The notes beneath the pieces are model-generated. The model saw nothing but the letters and a program-made list of their open reading frames with translations. It was not told the DNA's origin and did no database searches. The translations under genes and the position numbers were made by a program. Source: Callorhinchus milii (Eukaryota). Taken from it: a DNA stretch of 64,000 nt. This document shows, piece by piece, positions 12,156-25,571 of the stretch. The stretch spans positions 30,070,001 through 30,134,000 of the forward strand of contig NW_024704743.1 of the NCBI RefSeq assembly GCF_018977255.1. Reading direction: 5' to 3'. Positions within the stretch are counted from its first letter, which is position 1. The number at the start of each line of letters is the position of its first letter.

Positions 12156-14940
12156 GATACAAAAAGTAATAAAGGAAAAAAGAAAAGCTTGCTACTTTAA
12201 AAATATCAAATTATATCCTTACTGACACAAAATATAGTTTCCCTTGGCACTTCAAAGAATGTAGAAGTCTGTATTCCTAGTTATGTAAATCTTGTCATGT
12301 GAATGTATTGAGTTTGTGTCCTTGATCAAGATTTGGATGAATATACTACCATTGTTTGGTTCAAGAAGCATAAGTAAAACCTGGAATAAAAGATTTGTAC
12401 CATCAAACTCGTTCCCTCCACATCTTATCCTTTGTTGGGTACAACTGCTGATGATGGGATATAATGATGATACTAATAATCCTTGCATTTGATATAGCGC
12501 CTTATCAAGTTCTTCGAGATGTTTCAAATTTACCCAACGTTTTGCCCTGATTGCAAGGCATATTGAGTAGTGAAGTATAATGTTCAACACCTGACATGTT
12601 CCTTCCAACACATTGAAGCATCACAACTGGGAATCTTCTACTGAAACTAGGCTTGGTGGTAGCCTTTCAGAAGTCATTGATCTAGATTTTATTATCTTGT
12701 CCTGTCCTAACCTTTGTCATCTGTGAATTTCTTAGCTTCACCACTTTCAATAGAGCGGGGGTGAATTTGGCAAGAAAATAATAATTTTGATTATAATATG
12801 CAAAAAGTTTGGCTACACATCCCTTTTCAAATGTAATTGCTTGATGTAAATATAATAATCCTTGTAATTGATTATTGTAATATTTATATCAAACAGTTGG
12901 AACAGTGATCTGGAACAATAGCCTTTGCGTACTTGTATTGCTTCCAGCAAAGGTGGAGTTTGTTTAGAGGTATTCTTTAATGGACTCCTTGCTAAAGCAT
13001 ACAGTTAGAATTTCCTTAGGTGAACCTCTGGTTCTCTTGACCTCTGCACCTGAAGTAGATTGGAGTTGGTGTAATGTAATACTTCCAATTATCTGAAGGC
13101 GTCCTCATTTGCAAATCCTGGATTTTTTAAAATCAATCCCATTAAGTAATACCTCAAATTAATAATAATCATCCTCACATTTGATATAGTGCCTTATCAC
13201 ATCTCAAAGCGCTTCATAGAATAGACTTTAATGTGAATTGACTGTATATTTTGTGGGAGAAATGCGGCAGCCAATTGCACACCAAAGTGTCCCACAAACA
13301 GTCTAAAAAAAATGAGATCCTGATGTTTCAATCTTTTGCTGGACAATGAATCTCATCTGGCATGAAAATAAGTTAAATGAAATTAAACATACTGTACCTA
13401 AAAATTATATTATTTAAAGTTGTTCTGTTTTTTTTCCAAGGGTGATTTTTTTCCCTCCCTTCTCAGTTTATTGGATTATGTAATGGCAATTTTTTGAAGT
13501 AAGTGTTGTCAGATTTTACACCAGGATGAGCTGTTATGGTTACAGGCATGCATATCGAGCTATTAATTTATCGGGGCCAACAAAGATCCTTATGAGCTAT
13601 TTCACGTAAACCTGTTTAGTGTCTTAATTGATTCATCCATTAATTAAAATTTGGCACTACGTGTGAGGGTAAAACATGCACAAAGAGCATAAGCCATATT
13701 ATTCAATTAGCTATCTTAATCAGTAATTACTTTTGTAGCCTTTGCAGCATTGTTACAGTGACACAAAATTGATTATTATCTCGTTTCTTAAAATGTATAT
13801 ATTTTTAAAAAATGACAATCAATATAATTTAACAAATTCAAATTGTTCCTTAGGTGGGAGAAATGAATGCATTTCATTATTTTCTTTGTGTGCATAGAAT
13901 TTTCTTTCTAAGCAACAAGCCTTTATTATTACCACGAGCATTGTTTTTAAACTGTAGTCTTTCCAAATGAAGCGAAAAGATGTGTTTACTTTACTGTTTG
14001 TTAGCTTTGCAACTCATGGGTGTAAGAGACTGCTATTAACATTTACGATTCTTGTTAGGACTTTATGCTTTCATTCTGTGGAAACCTTTCTGGGCTGAAA
14101 TTCCATTGCTGAACCTTTGTTATTCAAAGTTTGTACGTGAAGGGCACAAGTTGTATTATTAATGGTATTATAATTATAATCTTAGCTTTGCACCACAACA
14201 CGAACAAGCTATTTCTTGTCAGTCTGTGTCTATAATCCTTGTTTTTTTATTATGGGTGCGGGAAGGATGATAGTCTGTTGTAATGAGCTGATCTACAATA
14301 AGAAAGAGGGAAAAGTTGTTAACATTGCTGCATGACAATCTGCCTGCTGACAGACTCTTAATACCATCGTGGAGTTGCTCCACCCAATGACTGAGCCTCC
14401 AGCAATGGTGCGTTTTGATCTTGCAGGATGTAATTGCGGGTACAGTGCCATGTTGTGACATTTTTGTGACATGATTTTGGTGATGGCAATTGGGAAAAAC
14501 AGTGTCAATATGAGTGCAGAACGAAAACCCAGAAAAGACAACAATTTTTAAATATTATTGCTCAAGCGTCACTTGCATGTCTCTCGGTGCAGCTGTATGT
14601 GAGCAGAGAATAATTCATGCTAACACCATACAATCAAATTAAAAAAAAGATAGGAAAACATATGCAGGAGGTTGACAGCCCAAACACATGGCAGATAACT
14701 GAATGTTAGCAGAACCCCCAATGATACCAGTTCTAAAAATTAGCTTTCTGATGAGTTTCCAAGCAGCCCATTATTCCCAGAATCTCTAATAATAATAATC
14801 CTTGCATAATAATAATCCTTACTTTGGTGCAGCGCCTTTCATGCGGGGAGGATATCCCAAAGCGTTTCACGGGATACACTGACTGTGTATTTTTGTGGAC
14901 GTGCTTCTTGCACTCTTTTCCATTCAGTGCTATCCACCAG

Positions 14941-15527
14941 CAGTGTTGCCAGATTGGACGGGTTGCCGGCCAATTGGTCTAGTATTTTTTTATATAGTGT
15001 ATGGGGGGAATAAAAGACTTTGGGCAGGTGCCTAATTTGGGTCTATTCAGGGCTGTAGTGAAATCCAGAACAGAACAGCATGTGGCTGAAGAGAAATAAA
15101 GAGACAGGCGGATGGTCCAATGGTAGTATGGGTTTGGTTGATGGACAGACAGATGACTCAATGGCAGACTGGGTAGTTGCTGGAAGGCGGGTAGTCCAAT
15201 GGGAGCATGGAGCAGGTTGATGGACATTTGTTGCTGTTTTGAAACCTAAAATGTAAATAACTAAAGTTGGTCCATCTCTCTCCGCCTCTGATTCTGTTTT
15301 TGTATTCCTATGACTGCTTTTCCCCATGCTTGAGAAGTGTGTAAGAGTTTAGTTTATGAATGGTTGGTCCCTGGTGAACTGCACATGTGCTCTTTAGTAA
15401 GAAACTGAAAATACCAAGTGTTTTGGGCTTCATTTGAGCTATTTCGGCAACATAATATTTGGGCTACTTTGTGGCTGATATTTGGTTGATTTGGGGCTAC
15501 AGGTATTTTTAATTTCTGGCAACCCTG
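14941..15527. mobile_element. Non-autonomous hAT-superfamily DNA transposon (587 bp)
   Basis: 13-bp TIRs CAGTGTTGCCAGA / TCTGGCAACCCTG (1 mismatch). Perfect 8-bp TSD TCCACCAG at 14933-14940 and 15528-15535. Repeated subterminal TTGGGC motifs. No transposase ORF. Confidence 0.88.
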
Positions 15528-17054
15528 TCCACCAGATAGGACAGGCACTGGAGTAATTTCACTCTAACTCTGAATGCTGGTGAATGCAGCGATTTAGCTG
15601 CAAAGTGATTAAAAAAATCTTCCCAGTTGAGGCAAGCAAATCCAAACCAAATGCTGGTGTGGTGCGAACCTTCAACCGCTTGATCCATTTTGGCTGCCAG
15701 AAAAACATAATCTTTCTGATTTAGCAGATGGAACTTTTTTTAAATGTTGGAAGTAGACACACCAAGTTCAGTAATATTGGAGAACATCATGTCTTCATTG
15801 TTAATGTAACAAGCTTTGCGGGCCTGGCTCTTGCTATCATTTCTTTCCACAGTCAATGACCAATTCAATTCCCCCCTTATATATTACAAGGAAAATTGAA
15901 GTCATAACAATTATAAAGCTATTACTGACCTGATTTATTATGTATGTAGGTGTGGGCGAAAAGCATTGAAGATGGAACCTTTAGGCATAGGTATAGGTTG
16001 TATTGTGTAGCTGTATCAGCTACAGAGATTGCTTTTAACAGATGAAAGGTAACCCTGACCTTTGTTTTGATTCCCTGTTCTGTACATTTTGGGCCTGAAG
16101 CTGAACAAATAGGACAAGGTGTACCTGACCTTGAATAAAGCTTACTGTATTGAAGGCTCAATTGTACAGTCTAGCTAGTACATCTTGTGAATTTTTAAAA
16201 TCCTTTTAAGTGAAGGGATGGTTGGTCTGGAAGTAGATGTGCCCCAAGTATCATTTAACCTCTGTGTTCAGTCACTGTGCTAAATGAACCATTGTGCAAT
16301 AAACAGATAGTGCTTTCTGGGCTAAGAGAGGCAACCATTGCCACAGCAGTGTCTGATGTCTGGGAGATGGTGGTGAGGGGGAAGATTGTTAAAAATGTAA
16401 AAAATATACAGAGTTGCAGCATGTTTCGCACCAGTTGAATCTGCTTAGAATCGCATGTTAAGGCGGTGAATGAGTGAGTGATAGTTCTCCGTGAATATAA
16501 TGAACTATAATCACAGCCTCAGCTATTATTCACACCCTACCTTTGAAATCACATTTCAAATGCCCCTTGTGTAATAAATGGAATATCATTGTGTTGTCTG
16601 TACAATATTTGTGAGAGAAATGCTATATTACACTGCGACTGATTTGATGGTCTGGATTCTTGGATTTTTAAAAAAAATTGTAATATTCCAGCGGTGATAG
16701 AATTAAAACTAAACTCCCTTTAAAAATACTTACAGATTGAAATTGTGCCTATATTTGCTATTGAGGACTGTTCTGAACCCCTGCCCCGATTTGGGGTCAG
16801 GAATCCTTAAATCACAAATCCTTTTTTATGGTTGCCTAATGTAAGCAGGGCCTGCTCAACATTATCTGTGTGATTTTATCAGTCGAGCCAGGCCAAGACC
16901 CAAGTGACAGTGAATAAATTCAGTTGGCATTGCTTGACGTAATGAATGGCAAATGTGGGTAGTTACATTCACTCCATTGTTGCTCGTAGTGTTGGCAATA
17001 GAATAGCAGCTTCAGTTGGTTCAACTCTAATATATAATGTATATATATATATAA

Positions 17055-17739
17055 TGGTGCGCAATTTAGGCATCAGGTTAGATCCCCAGCTTTCTTTTTT
17101 ACCCCACATCCATAACCTGACCAGGACTGCTTTTTTCCGCCTCTGCCACATTGCCCATCTCCATCCGTACCTCACAACCAACGCGGCTGAAACCCTCTTC
17201 CACACCCTCGTCACTTCCTGGCTGGACTATTTCAGTGCCTTCCTCATTAGTCTCCCCAGCTCCACCATACACAAAATCCAATTAATTCAAAACTACGTCG
17301 CCCAGATACTCAACCGCAAAAAACTCGGTACCCCCATCACACCAGCCCTTGCCAGGCTCCACGGGCTCACAATCACCGAACGGATCGATTTCAAGATCCT
17401 CTCACACATTTTCAAATCTTTTCATTCCCTCACACCTCCCTACCTACCCGACCTGCTAACCCCCACTCCACCAACCACTGCCTCCGCTCAGTTTCTGACC
17501 TTCTGTTTGTCTCTTGTACCCTCCATATAGCCATCAGTGGTCGTGCCTTCAGCCACTACTCCCCTCAATCCCTCCACCTTCCCCCCCTCCCTCCCCAACT
17601 TCAAATCCCATCTAAAGACCTTCCTACTTGATAGAGTCACTTCCCCCCTCCCTGGTTCGTTGTCAGACTCTGCCACTTTCAAGTGATCTGGGACGCTATC
17701 CTGTGTGAAGGGCGCTACATAAATGCAAGTTGTTGTTGT
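17055..17739 (+). mobile_element. L2-clade LINE 3' fragment
   Basis: VRNLGIRLDPQLSF...HTLVTSWLDY...ERIDFKIL, with tail aaatgcaagttgttgttg. Confidence 0.9.
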
Positions 17740-18715
17740 GAACACAGCAGCAAATATGCGCAGAGCCATGAAGTGAATCAACAATTTTATTTGGGGCATC
17801 ATTTGATATGTGAAGCATCTGAAAGTGCTTCACAGAATTTTACCATGAATTGTAGTGACTGTGTATTTTTCAGACAAAATTAGTTTTCCAGAAAAACAAC
17901 CTTTGTACTCTTATTGTAGATTTATGAGGAAATAATTTGCAGGTTATTTCCAGAAATAACCCACATGCAGTATTTATTCCAAATGCACAAATAGCAATTG
18001 TAGGCAAAATCATTCTTTATCCATACAAGCTGTGCAGTTTCTTGGTTCAGAAGTTATTTTTAACAGATCTAAGAAAAATGGAGTTGCTTTCCAGTGTGGA
18101 TGTAATCCGGTCAGACTCATCTGATGTGGACAGAGTTGTTTTACTTTTATTTGTGAACCACTGAGATTTGAAGTTTATGCACCTCAGTACTGTATGTTAA
18201 GATTAAAAAAAGAAAACTCAGTTAAGAGTGATTTTCAATTATTTTAAACATAAATATTTGATATATATATATAAAGAGTAAAACAAAGATTAAGTAATAT
18301 TTATTGCAATATTGAAGTATGTGTCAAAGAATTAAAGCTCCTCTGAAAACAATAACAGGTCATGGAGTTATGTATTTCCCTATTGTAGTGGGTTTTAACT
18401 TAAAGGGGATGGTACAGGCAGAAAGCATGGATAAGGTCTGGTTATCCCATAGGAACAATAAATGTTTGCTCCAAGTGTATGAAATATTTGTGGATTTTGA
18501 ATGTCTAATGCCACTCTTTTGATCCTTCACAATATATAAAGGATGCCTTCCCTCGTTTCATATTTGTTGCTTATTCATTTTATATTTTTGACTATCCCAT
18601 CTGTTGAAGTTTGTTAGAACTGTTGAATAGAAATTGTCCCTTCAGTTATTATAATAAGGTGAAAACTAACCTGGTTAATTGGACATTCTCATAAGCCTCC
18701 AATTTCTTTGTTCAG

Positions 18716-19141
18716 AGGCCAGCAGAGACTGTAGACGAGGAGGAAGATCCCCAAGACCTCCTTACAGAAGAAGATATTGATCAACAAAATCGGGATTTGC
18801 TAAACAAGGAACAGGAGCCTCATCAAGATTTGTTTTGCAATGAAGGTGAAATAGATAATTTATATCAGGAAGCAAATCCTGAGATTCCTCTGGATGAAGA
18901 GGTAAACGGTGAAGACAGTGAAAGTTACCAAGTGGGAAAGGAAAATCCTGAAAATGAGGAGGAGGATTTTGGTCAGGAGAAGGAGAGTCATGGAGAAGAT
19001 AAGAATTTTTCTCAGACAGAAGATATATACTCAGCTGAGGATTTGCACCAGGAAAAAGAAATTATTTCTAAAGCAGCTGGGGATCTGTTGGATGAGAATG
19101 GCAAAGAAAAGAAAATTATTTCTACAGAAGGACATACCAAG
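18716..19141 (+). CDS. DCDC2: DCDC2 penultimate coding exon (426 nt, 142 aa, acidic low-complexity)
   Basis: Acceptor tttctttgttcag| and donor aag|gtaaag, phase 0-0, open throughout. Starts RPAETVDEEED, continuing in frame from ...PIDQ (recalled human: RPAEIVDEEED). Confidence 0.9.
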
Positions 19142-21771
19142 GTAAAGTACTTTTGAAATTTCAGTTTTATCTTGCAAGAGTCACCATTTCGTGTAAGGGA
19201 AGACATTTAGTTTACTGAGTGTAGTTCCTTAATCAAAATGAATTATTATAACCCCAAGACCAAAACAAATCACAAATTACTTCATATATACTGAGATCTG
19301 TTTATACATAACTTGTTTCTTATATTAGCCTCTCTAAAATAGATTGTAAAAAGCGCTCTGTAAATGATTTGCTTGCAGGATTATTTTCTTTTCTAAAAAA
19401 ATATATATATACTTCATTTTTAATGACCATAAAGGAACATTTGATCCAACTATGAATTATCTTAAGTCCTTGAAGTGAGATGCCAGGGTGCCATGACCTT
19501 TGGATGCTCCACAGTCCTGCTAATTAAGGAATCTTTGATCTGGAAAAAACTGAATTTTTCACTCGCTTTATCACAGCCGTGTAAACATTTATTCAGGTAG
19601 TGCTGGGTGAGGGTAAGTTTTTCAGTTCAAAACAAAAAGGGCATCATTGCAGTAATGTAAGAAAATGTCAGAACGTCACTTAATAGAAAATCCACTGTTC
19701 TGTTCCTTCATTATAATTGGAAAGAATAAAATTGGTGTTTCAGTTATTCCTCAGCTCACCTAGCCCTCCGAAAAATAACAAGTTATTCTAAGGGTTTATT
19801 TATTCATCTAATCTTAATTATATTTCTGAATGTTTAGTGGTTTGAGGATTGAGGGTTACATTAAGTTAGGACTGGGTGCTCTAACCAGTCTCCAGTCTGT
19901 CAATGCAGTACTAACATTGTTAGTACTGTATAATCTCTTCAAAGTAAATAAATAATAATAATTTAGTTACTCAATCCACGACTGTTGTGAGCACTGCTGT
20001 GCGCAATTTGACTGCCACGTTTCGCCCACAAAATAAACAGTCAATTCACTTTACAGTATATTCTGTGAAGCGTTTTGAGACGTTTCAAAGACGTGATCAT
20101 GCGCTACATCAAATGCAAGGATTAGTATTGTTAGTACACATCTTGCTCATTTGCATACAGGAAGCAAAATGTTATTTGTGCAAATTAGACATTTTAAATT
20201 GTCTATTTGAAAAAAAAGGGTTATTAGTCTGCAAGGTAACAGTTGGGTCAGTGGATGGAAAGAGAAGAGGCCTATGTGAATACTTCTGTCACACATTGTT
20301 TACAGTGAGAGCCTGAATGTTCAAATAAAATCCTCTTGCTTCAAGGAAGAATGAATGTTTCCTGACATTTTGTTCTCCATTGGGAAATATACAGGGATGT
20401 GTTGACACTGTTATGATTTGGTGGTTGATAAAACATTGTGGAGCAATCCTTGCAAAGTTTAAATATTGAACGGTTTGAAATTCTTCACAATGGAAATTAT
20501 TATATTTCATGTAAATTACTTATGTTGCAATTCAGTTTTCTAAAAAGGAAGTTTATTGTAAAGTTGTAATTACCAAAGAAACCATTAAACAAACATCTTG
20601 TTGTCCTGATCTAAATTTGTTTTTATCACACTGACATTCTTTGAAAAATTTAACTACACTTACTATTCACTGCTGCACAGTAATATAGTTAAACTAGTTC
20701 ATTCACATTTGTCTGCTTTTAAAATGTAATTTCTTTTAAAGGCAGACTTTCACCCATTTAATTTTTCAACTTTTAAGTCATCTTATCCTTGTTTAAAATA
20801 GGCTAGTGTTTTCTAAGAAAACAGTGTTTTCTTATTAACTGATTAATCCTAACTTGAATGAAAGTAAAACAAAGTGATCGATTGGTAATTTGATTATTTG
20901 AAAAAATATACAATACCAGGTTAATTGATTTGAATTTTGAAAATTGTAACTTAAGTAGGCTTTTAAAACAAAATCTATTTTTTGCAGTTTAGAAAATATA
21001 TTTTGCTTTGGGAACCAAAGGCAAAGAAAGATTCATTGTGGTAAAAGGTTTGCTGAGTTCCCCAAATAAATCACTATAACAGTTCATAAGATTGATAGTT
21101 CACTAGATCTTATCACAGTATGGGACGTCTCACACTTTACTTATTAAGAACATGTTTCAAGAACAGATCAATTCTTAAAATCTGTTTCTTGATGGGTTTA
21201 TGTTTGAAAAGAGAGAATTGGATTAAATTAGCAATATTTCACACAGCTTGAAACATTTACCCCAGAATCTTCCTGAAACTACATCCATGCAACTCATTTC
21301 CAAATTAGACATCATAGATTGTCTAATACTGTACTAACATTCACTGTGATAGTTATTCTCACTTTGTTCAGTGATTATCTCTCATTAACCACTCTGTGTA
21401 TCTAAAATAATCTTGTAATTTACAAGTCAAATATTTGCACATTAATGTGGAATATCAGTTCCTTTGTGCATCCTCACTTTCCCTGCATATACCCTGCTGT
21501 TTTTTAAGAGGAAAAAACTGTTTGGATACATGAACCTTAAGAACCTCTAGGATTACTTTGTACCTTTGTCATAATGTGGTCTAAATTCACAATTTGTAAG
21601 AAGTGAATCTCGTCTGTTTTTATGGCCTGTTAACAGGCCTGTAACTGTTATGGCCAACCAATTGTAACTTAGGTTGGACCCTGACTTAAAGAAGATGAAT
21701 TAAGATGAGTGAATGAATCCCGCAATTTAAGACTACAGCCATCAATTTTAAATTTTTTATTTAAAAATAAA

Positions 21772-22187
21772 AATAATAATCCTTGCAATTGATATCGTGC
21801 CTTATCACATCGTTGATATGTCTCAAAGCGCTTCACAGAATATATTGTAAAGTGATTTGATTGTACAATTTGTGGGCGAAATGCAGCAGCCAATTAATTG
21901 TGCGCAGTAGTGTCCCACAAACAGTTCAAATTATTATTTCAATTAAATTCCAAAATTGAGTGACCAAATATATTTTTATTTAAGTTTTTTTTGACGGGAT
22001 TATTAAGCGATCTGCCAATCGACTAATAATCAGGTTCCTACTTACTACTAGGTAAACAGAAACATAAGGAATCTTGCCTAACGTTTTGCCTTGCTCGGGA
22101 ATCAAACCTGGGTTGTCTCGCTGGCGAGGCGAGGGCTCTAACCAATGCGCATTGGCGAGTGCTCTAACCAATGCGCTCCAGGACTCC
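21772..22187 (-). mobile_element. Full-length SINE family B with internal tandem duplication in head
   Basis: Reverse complement of the same head, body and tail. A 23-nt unit is duplicated at 22128-22150 and 22154-22176. Confidence 0.85.
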
Positions 22188-23542
22188 TGTACAGGGCTAC
22201 AGTACTCAACACAAATCAGGGCACAAATCTTGTTCCTGAATTCATCAGTGAGATTTTTCCTTTATAAAGGGATACAAATGGAAACACTTGCATTGTAGCT
22301 GAAATGATATTGTCCGTGGTTTTACAATAAAATCAACATTGTTCATTGATGTTACAATCATGAAACTGCAATTCTGTGAGCTTTTCTTGCCTCACTTATT
22401 TCCTAGACCGACTGATGACTTGGTTTCAGTGGCGGATGTTTGCTTTTATTTTCTTGCTTATTCTGACTTTTCTTTCTATGAATATTTATCCTTGCGTTAT
22501 TATTTCTGAAGACACACAACCTGCAACCATTGAGTTCTGTTCCAGATTTCTGTTCTCAGAGTTGACACCAGATTGTGTTGTAGTGACTTTTTACTCTCAT
22601 GCTGTTTTCATACAAAATGCTGATATTTTGAAAATGATTTGCTTAATATTTAATCTGCTATAAATCTGATCATTTGTGCCTGAATGGAAATTCCTCCAGA
22701 TCTTAATAATATGTCTCCTAGATCAATAAGTGATTCCAGAAATTCCAAGATGAAAAGTGGAATGATCCAAATGATGTTCATAAGATTGGTTTAGATGAAG
22801 AAGGTCCTTCGGCCTATCTGATCTCATCCTTCCACCCACAACACCATCACAGCATCTCGACATTTTTTAAATGAGTCCAATGCCCTGGGGTATACTATGA
22901 AGTGGAATCACTCTGTTTTGTGGGCAAATATACATGTACATGAAGTGCTTCAGAAAAATAATGGGGTTCCCTTCGCAGCAAGAAGAATTGGGAATTTAAT
23001 GTGTGGACCAAAGGCAGGGACAAGAAGATGACTTTTTAAGAACGGTTTAAAGGGGGTTAAGAGAAACCGCAAGGTGAAGGAATTTTACAAGAACTCTAGA
23101 GAGTGGGAATAGGGCTGCAATGGAAAGATTTTAGGATTTGAAAGCCCGGATTAGGGCAGCTATAATGTGGTTTTACATTCTCACGTCTGATTCCTCTGTG
23201 CAGCTGTTATTACCAACTCCTTCAAATAAGAACTAGCAAGGTATCTACTTGAGAACAGCATTGGAAGATATGGGGGAGGCCCTTCTCTAAAGGACATAAT
23301 TCTATCTGAATTGCTAAGACAGAGTGGAATGAGGTCCATGAAGGAAAGGAGGCTGGACCTGAATTGTGGAGGTGGGAAAGCTATCCTGGACTTTTTTGCT
23401 TGATTGACTTTGGATCGAAGAGCTTTCTGCTGGATGAAAAAGTGATGGGGTGAAGATAACGATAGTTTATTTTTTACTTGGATTAGTGAAAGCAGGTTTG
23501 GCTGAACAAAATTTTCTTGTTCCATACTTTAGCGTGGAGCGT

Positions 23543-23626
23543 GGAGTCCTGTAGCTCAGTGGTTAGAGCACTCGCCTCGCAAGCGAGAGACCTGGGTTCG
23601 ATTCCTGGTTGGGCAAGTTTCCTTAC
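23543..23626 (+). mobile_element. SINE family B head only (tRNA-like)
   Basis: ggagtcctgtagctcagtggttagagcactcgcctcgcaagcgag...ggttcgattcc followed by the SINE-specific ttgggcaagtttccttac. Confidence 0.8.
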
Positions 23627-23837
23627 AAAGTTTTCCTTTCCAAAGTTTTGACAATGGCTCAGAGAAATGCATTTTATTTGCTTTGTGGGACTAAGTCTCA
23701 AGGTTTGTTTCCGTATTAAAGAATCTCGTCACAGTAGAGTTTCTGTGAGTTCACATGGTGTAGATTTGGTTACTGGGAGGAGAGTTCACTTATTAAGGAA
23801 TCCCATTAAAAAATACTGTAAATTAACGTTCCTCCAC

Positions 23838-23868
<31 letters not shown>

Positions 23869-23962
23869 ACGTGCACAGTTTGTTTCAGGTTTTCTAGGTG
23901 ACTTTTGAAAAAGTTAAGCAAGTGTGTTTACAGATTAGATCAATCTTCTTTCAGATAGTGGA

Positions 23963-24745
23963 TTTTTTTTTGGTCAGCCGGGTGTCTTAACACATGCGGA
24001 AACCGATCACCATGCTTAAGAGTATCCAAATCAAACTGAGATTTCCATGCTTTCCACCTACACTTGGAAATCCCAGAGATAGATTGTTAGAATGGAATGC
24101 GCACTCTCTCCTCTGGAGAGACACATCCCGTTTACCTATTTCCAGAAAGTATTAGGCGCAGGTTGGCAAGAGCCAAGGCTTGTGTGTGGTGTGTTCCAAA
24201 ACCAAAAAAAACAATAATAAATTGGTCATTTTCAATCTACGACTGTTTGTGGGACATTGCTGTGCGCAATTGGCTGCCGCGTTCGCCCACAAATATACAG
24301 TCAATTCACTTTACAGTGTGTTCTGTGAAGCGCTTTGGGACGTCCTCCCGACATGAAAAGCGCTATATCAAATGCAAGGATTACTATTATTATTATTATT
24401 ATGTTGGGGTACTGCTGGAGTCTAACCAGCTAAAACTGCATAGCTTGCTATTGATATTGCTATCTGGCAAGCTTTACTGCTGCTTGTCCAGCTAGGACCA
24501 CCCTACCCACTGGGGCTTTGGCTTGCAGGGTTAACAGAACCTGAGTGGGATGACTCCCTGCCCCCAGTGACTGGTCTACCCTTCTAGTTCGTCTTGTTGA
24601 GCCAGGCTTACTGTGCTGTCATCAGCAGCGCCCTGGAATACTGCGCACTTGTCTGGCTCAGGAACCGGACTACCGAGACTACCACAAAGAGTTGGCTCGA
24701 TTCTGATATTCCGTTGCCAAGCATGGTACCTTGGAGCCAGTTCAG
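23963..24745 (-). mobile_element. Family U copy 2 (interrupted by SINE at 24196-24401)
   Basis: For example catgcttaagagtatccaaa and gttggcaagagccaaggcttgt are exact reverse complements of copy 1 segments. Confidence 0.75.
24196..24401 (+). mobile_element. 5'-truncated young SINE family B nested in unclassified retroposon
   Basis: Near-identical to 35395-35594. Splits the host repeat and is flanked by TGTT on both sides. Confidence 0.85.
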
Positions 24746-24848
24746 CTACAAGAAGGTCCTGCTTACCTCCTCCCTCCAATCAGGAATCAGATACTCGAAA
24801 GATATAATGATGTTTTTGAGTTCTCAAAAGAACTAGAAACTCAAAAGA

Positions 24849-25571
24849 AATCCTTAACCTCCCTGAACTGTCCCTCAAGACTCACCAAACCAGTGCGCAA
24901 TCTAGGTGTCCTTCTTCCCCCACATCTGATCCCTGACCATCTTCCTCCCCCACATTGCCCGCCTCCGACCATACCTTACCCCAAATGCAGCTAAAATCCT
25001 TGTGCATGCGCTTGTCACCTCCCGCCTGGATCACTCAAACGCACTCCTCACCAGTCTCCCCAGCTCCACGATTCAAAAAATTCAGCTCATTCAGAACTCT
25101 GCCGCCCGCATACTGACCCAGACCAAACTCCGTACCCACATCTCACCAGTTCTGGCCAGGCTCCACTGGCTCCCCATCACCGATCGGATCGACTGTAAGA
25201 TCCTCACGCTCATGTTCAAATCTCTTCACTCCCTGGCACCTCCCTACCTTTCCAACTCCTCACTCCCCAATCCACCACCCGGCACCTCCGCTCGACTAGC
25301 ACCGGCCTCCTGCTTGTCGCTCGCGTCCTCTGCTCCACCATTGGAGGTCACGCATTCAGCCACTACGTCCTGAAACTCTGGAACACTCTCCCTCAATCCC
25401 GCCATCTTGTCCCCTCTCTCCCTTTTCGAGTCCTGCCTGAAAACCTTCCTTTTCGACCGTGCTTACGGCCACCCCCTCCCCTCCCCCCCACACTGTTTGG
25501 GGTCAGGCTCCCCCACTGTTAAGCGCTCTGAGATGCTACTCTGCATGGAAGGCGATATATGAGTGTTGTTG
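24849..25571 (+). mobile_element. L2-clade LINE 3' fragment
   Basis: PVRNLGV...[15 protein letters not shown]...[15 protein letters not shown], frameshifted. Confidence 0.9.

Noticed and set aside
24097-24495. Recurrent peptide SIHFTVxSVKRF...YIKCKDYYY in many short ORFs
   Set aside because: Translation of the non-coding SINE tail and its (TTA)n run.
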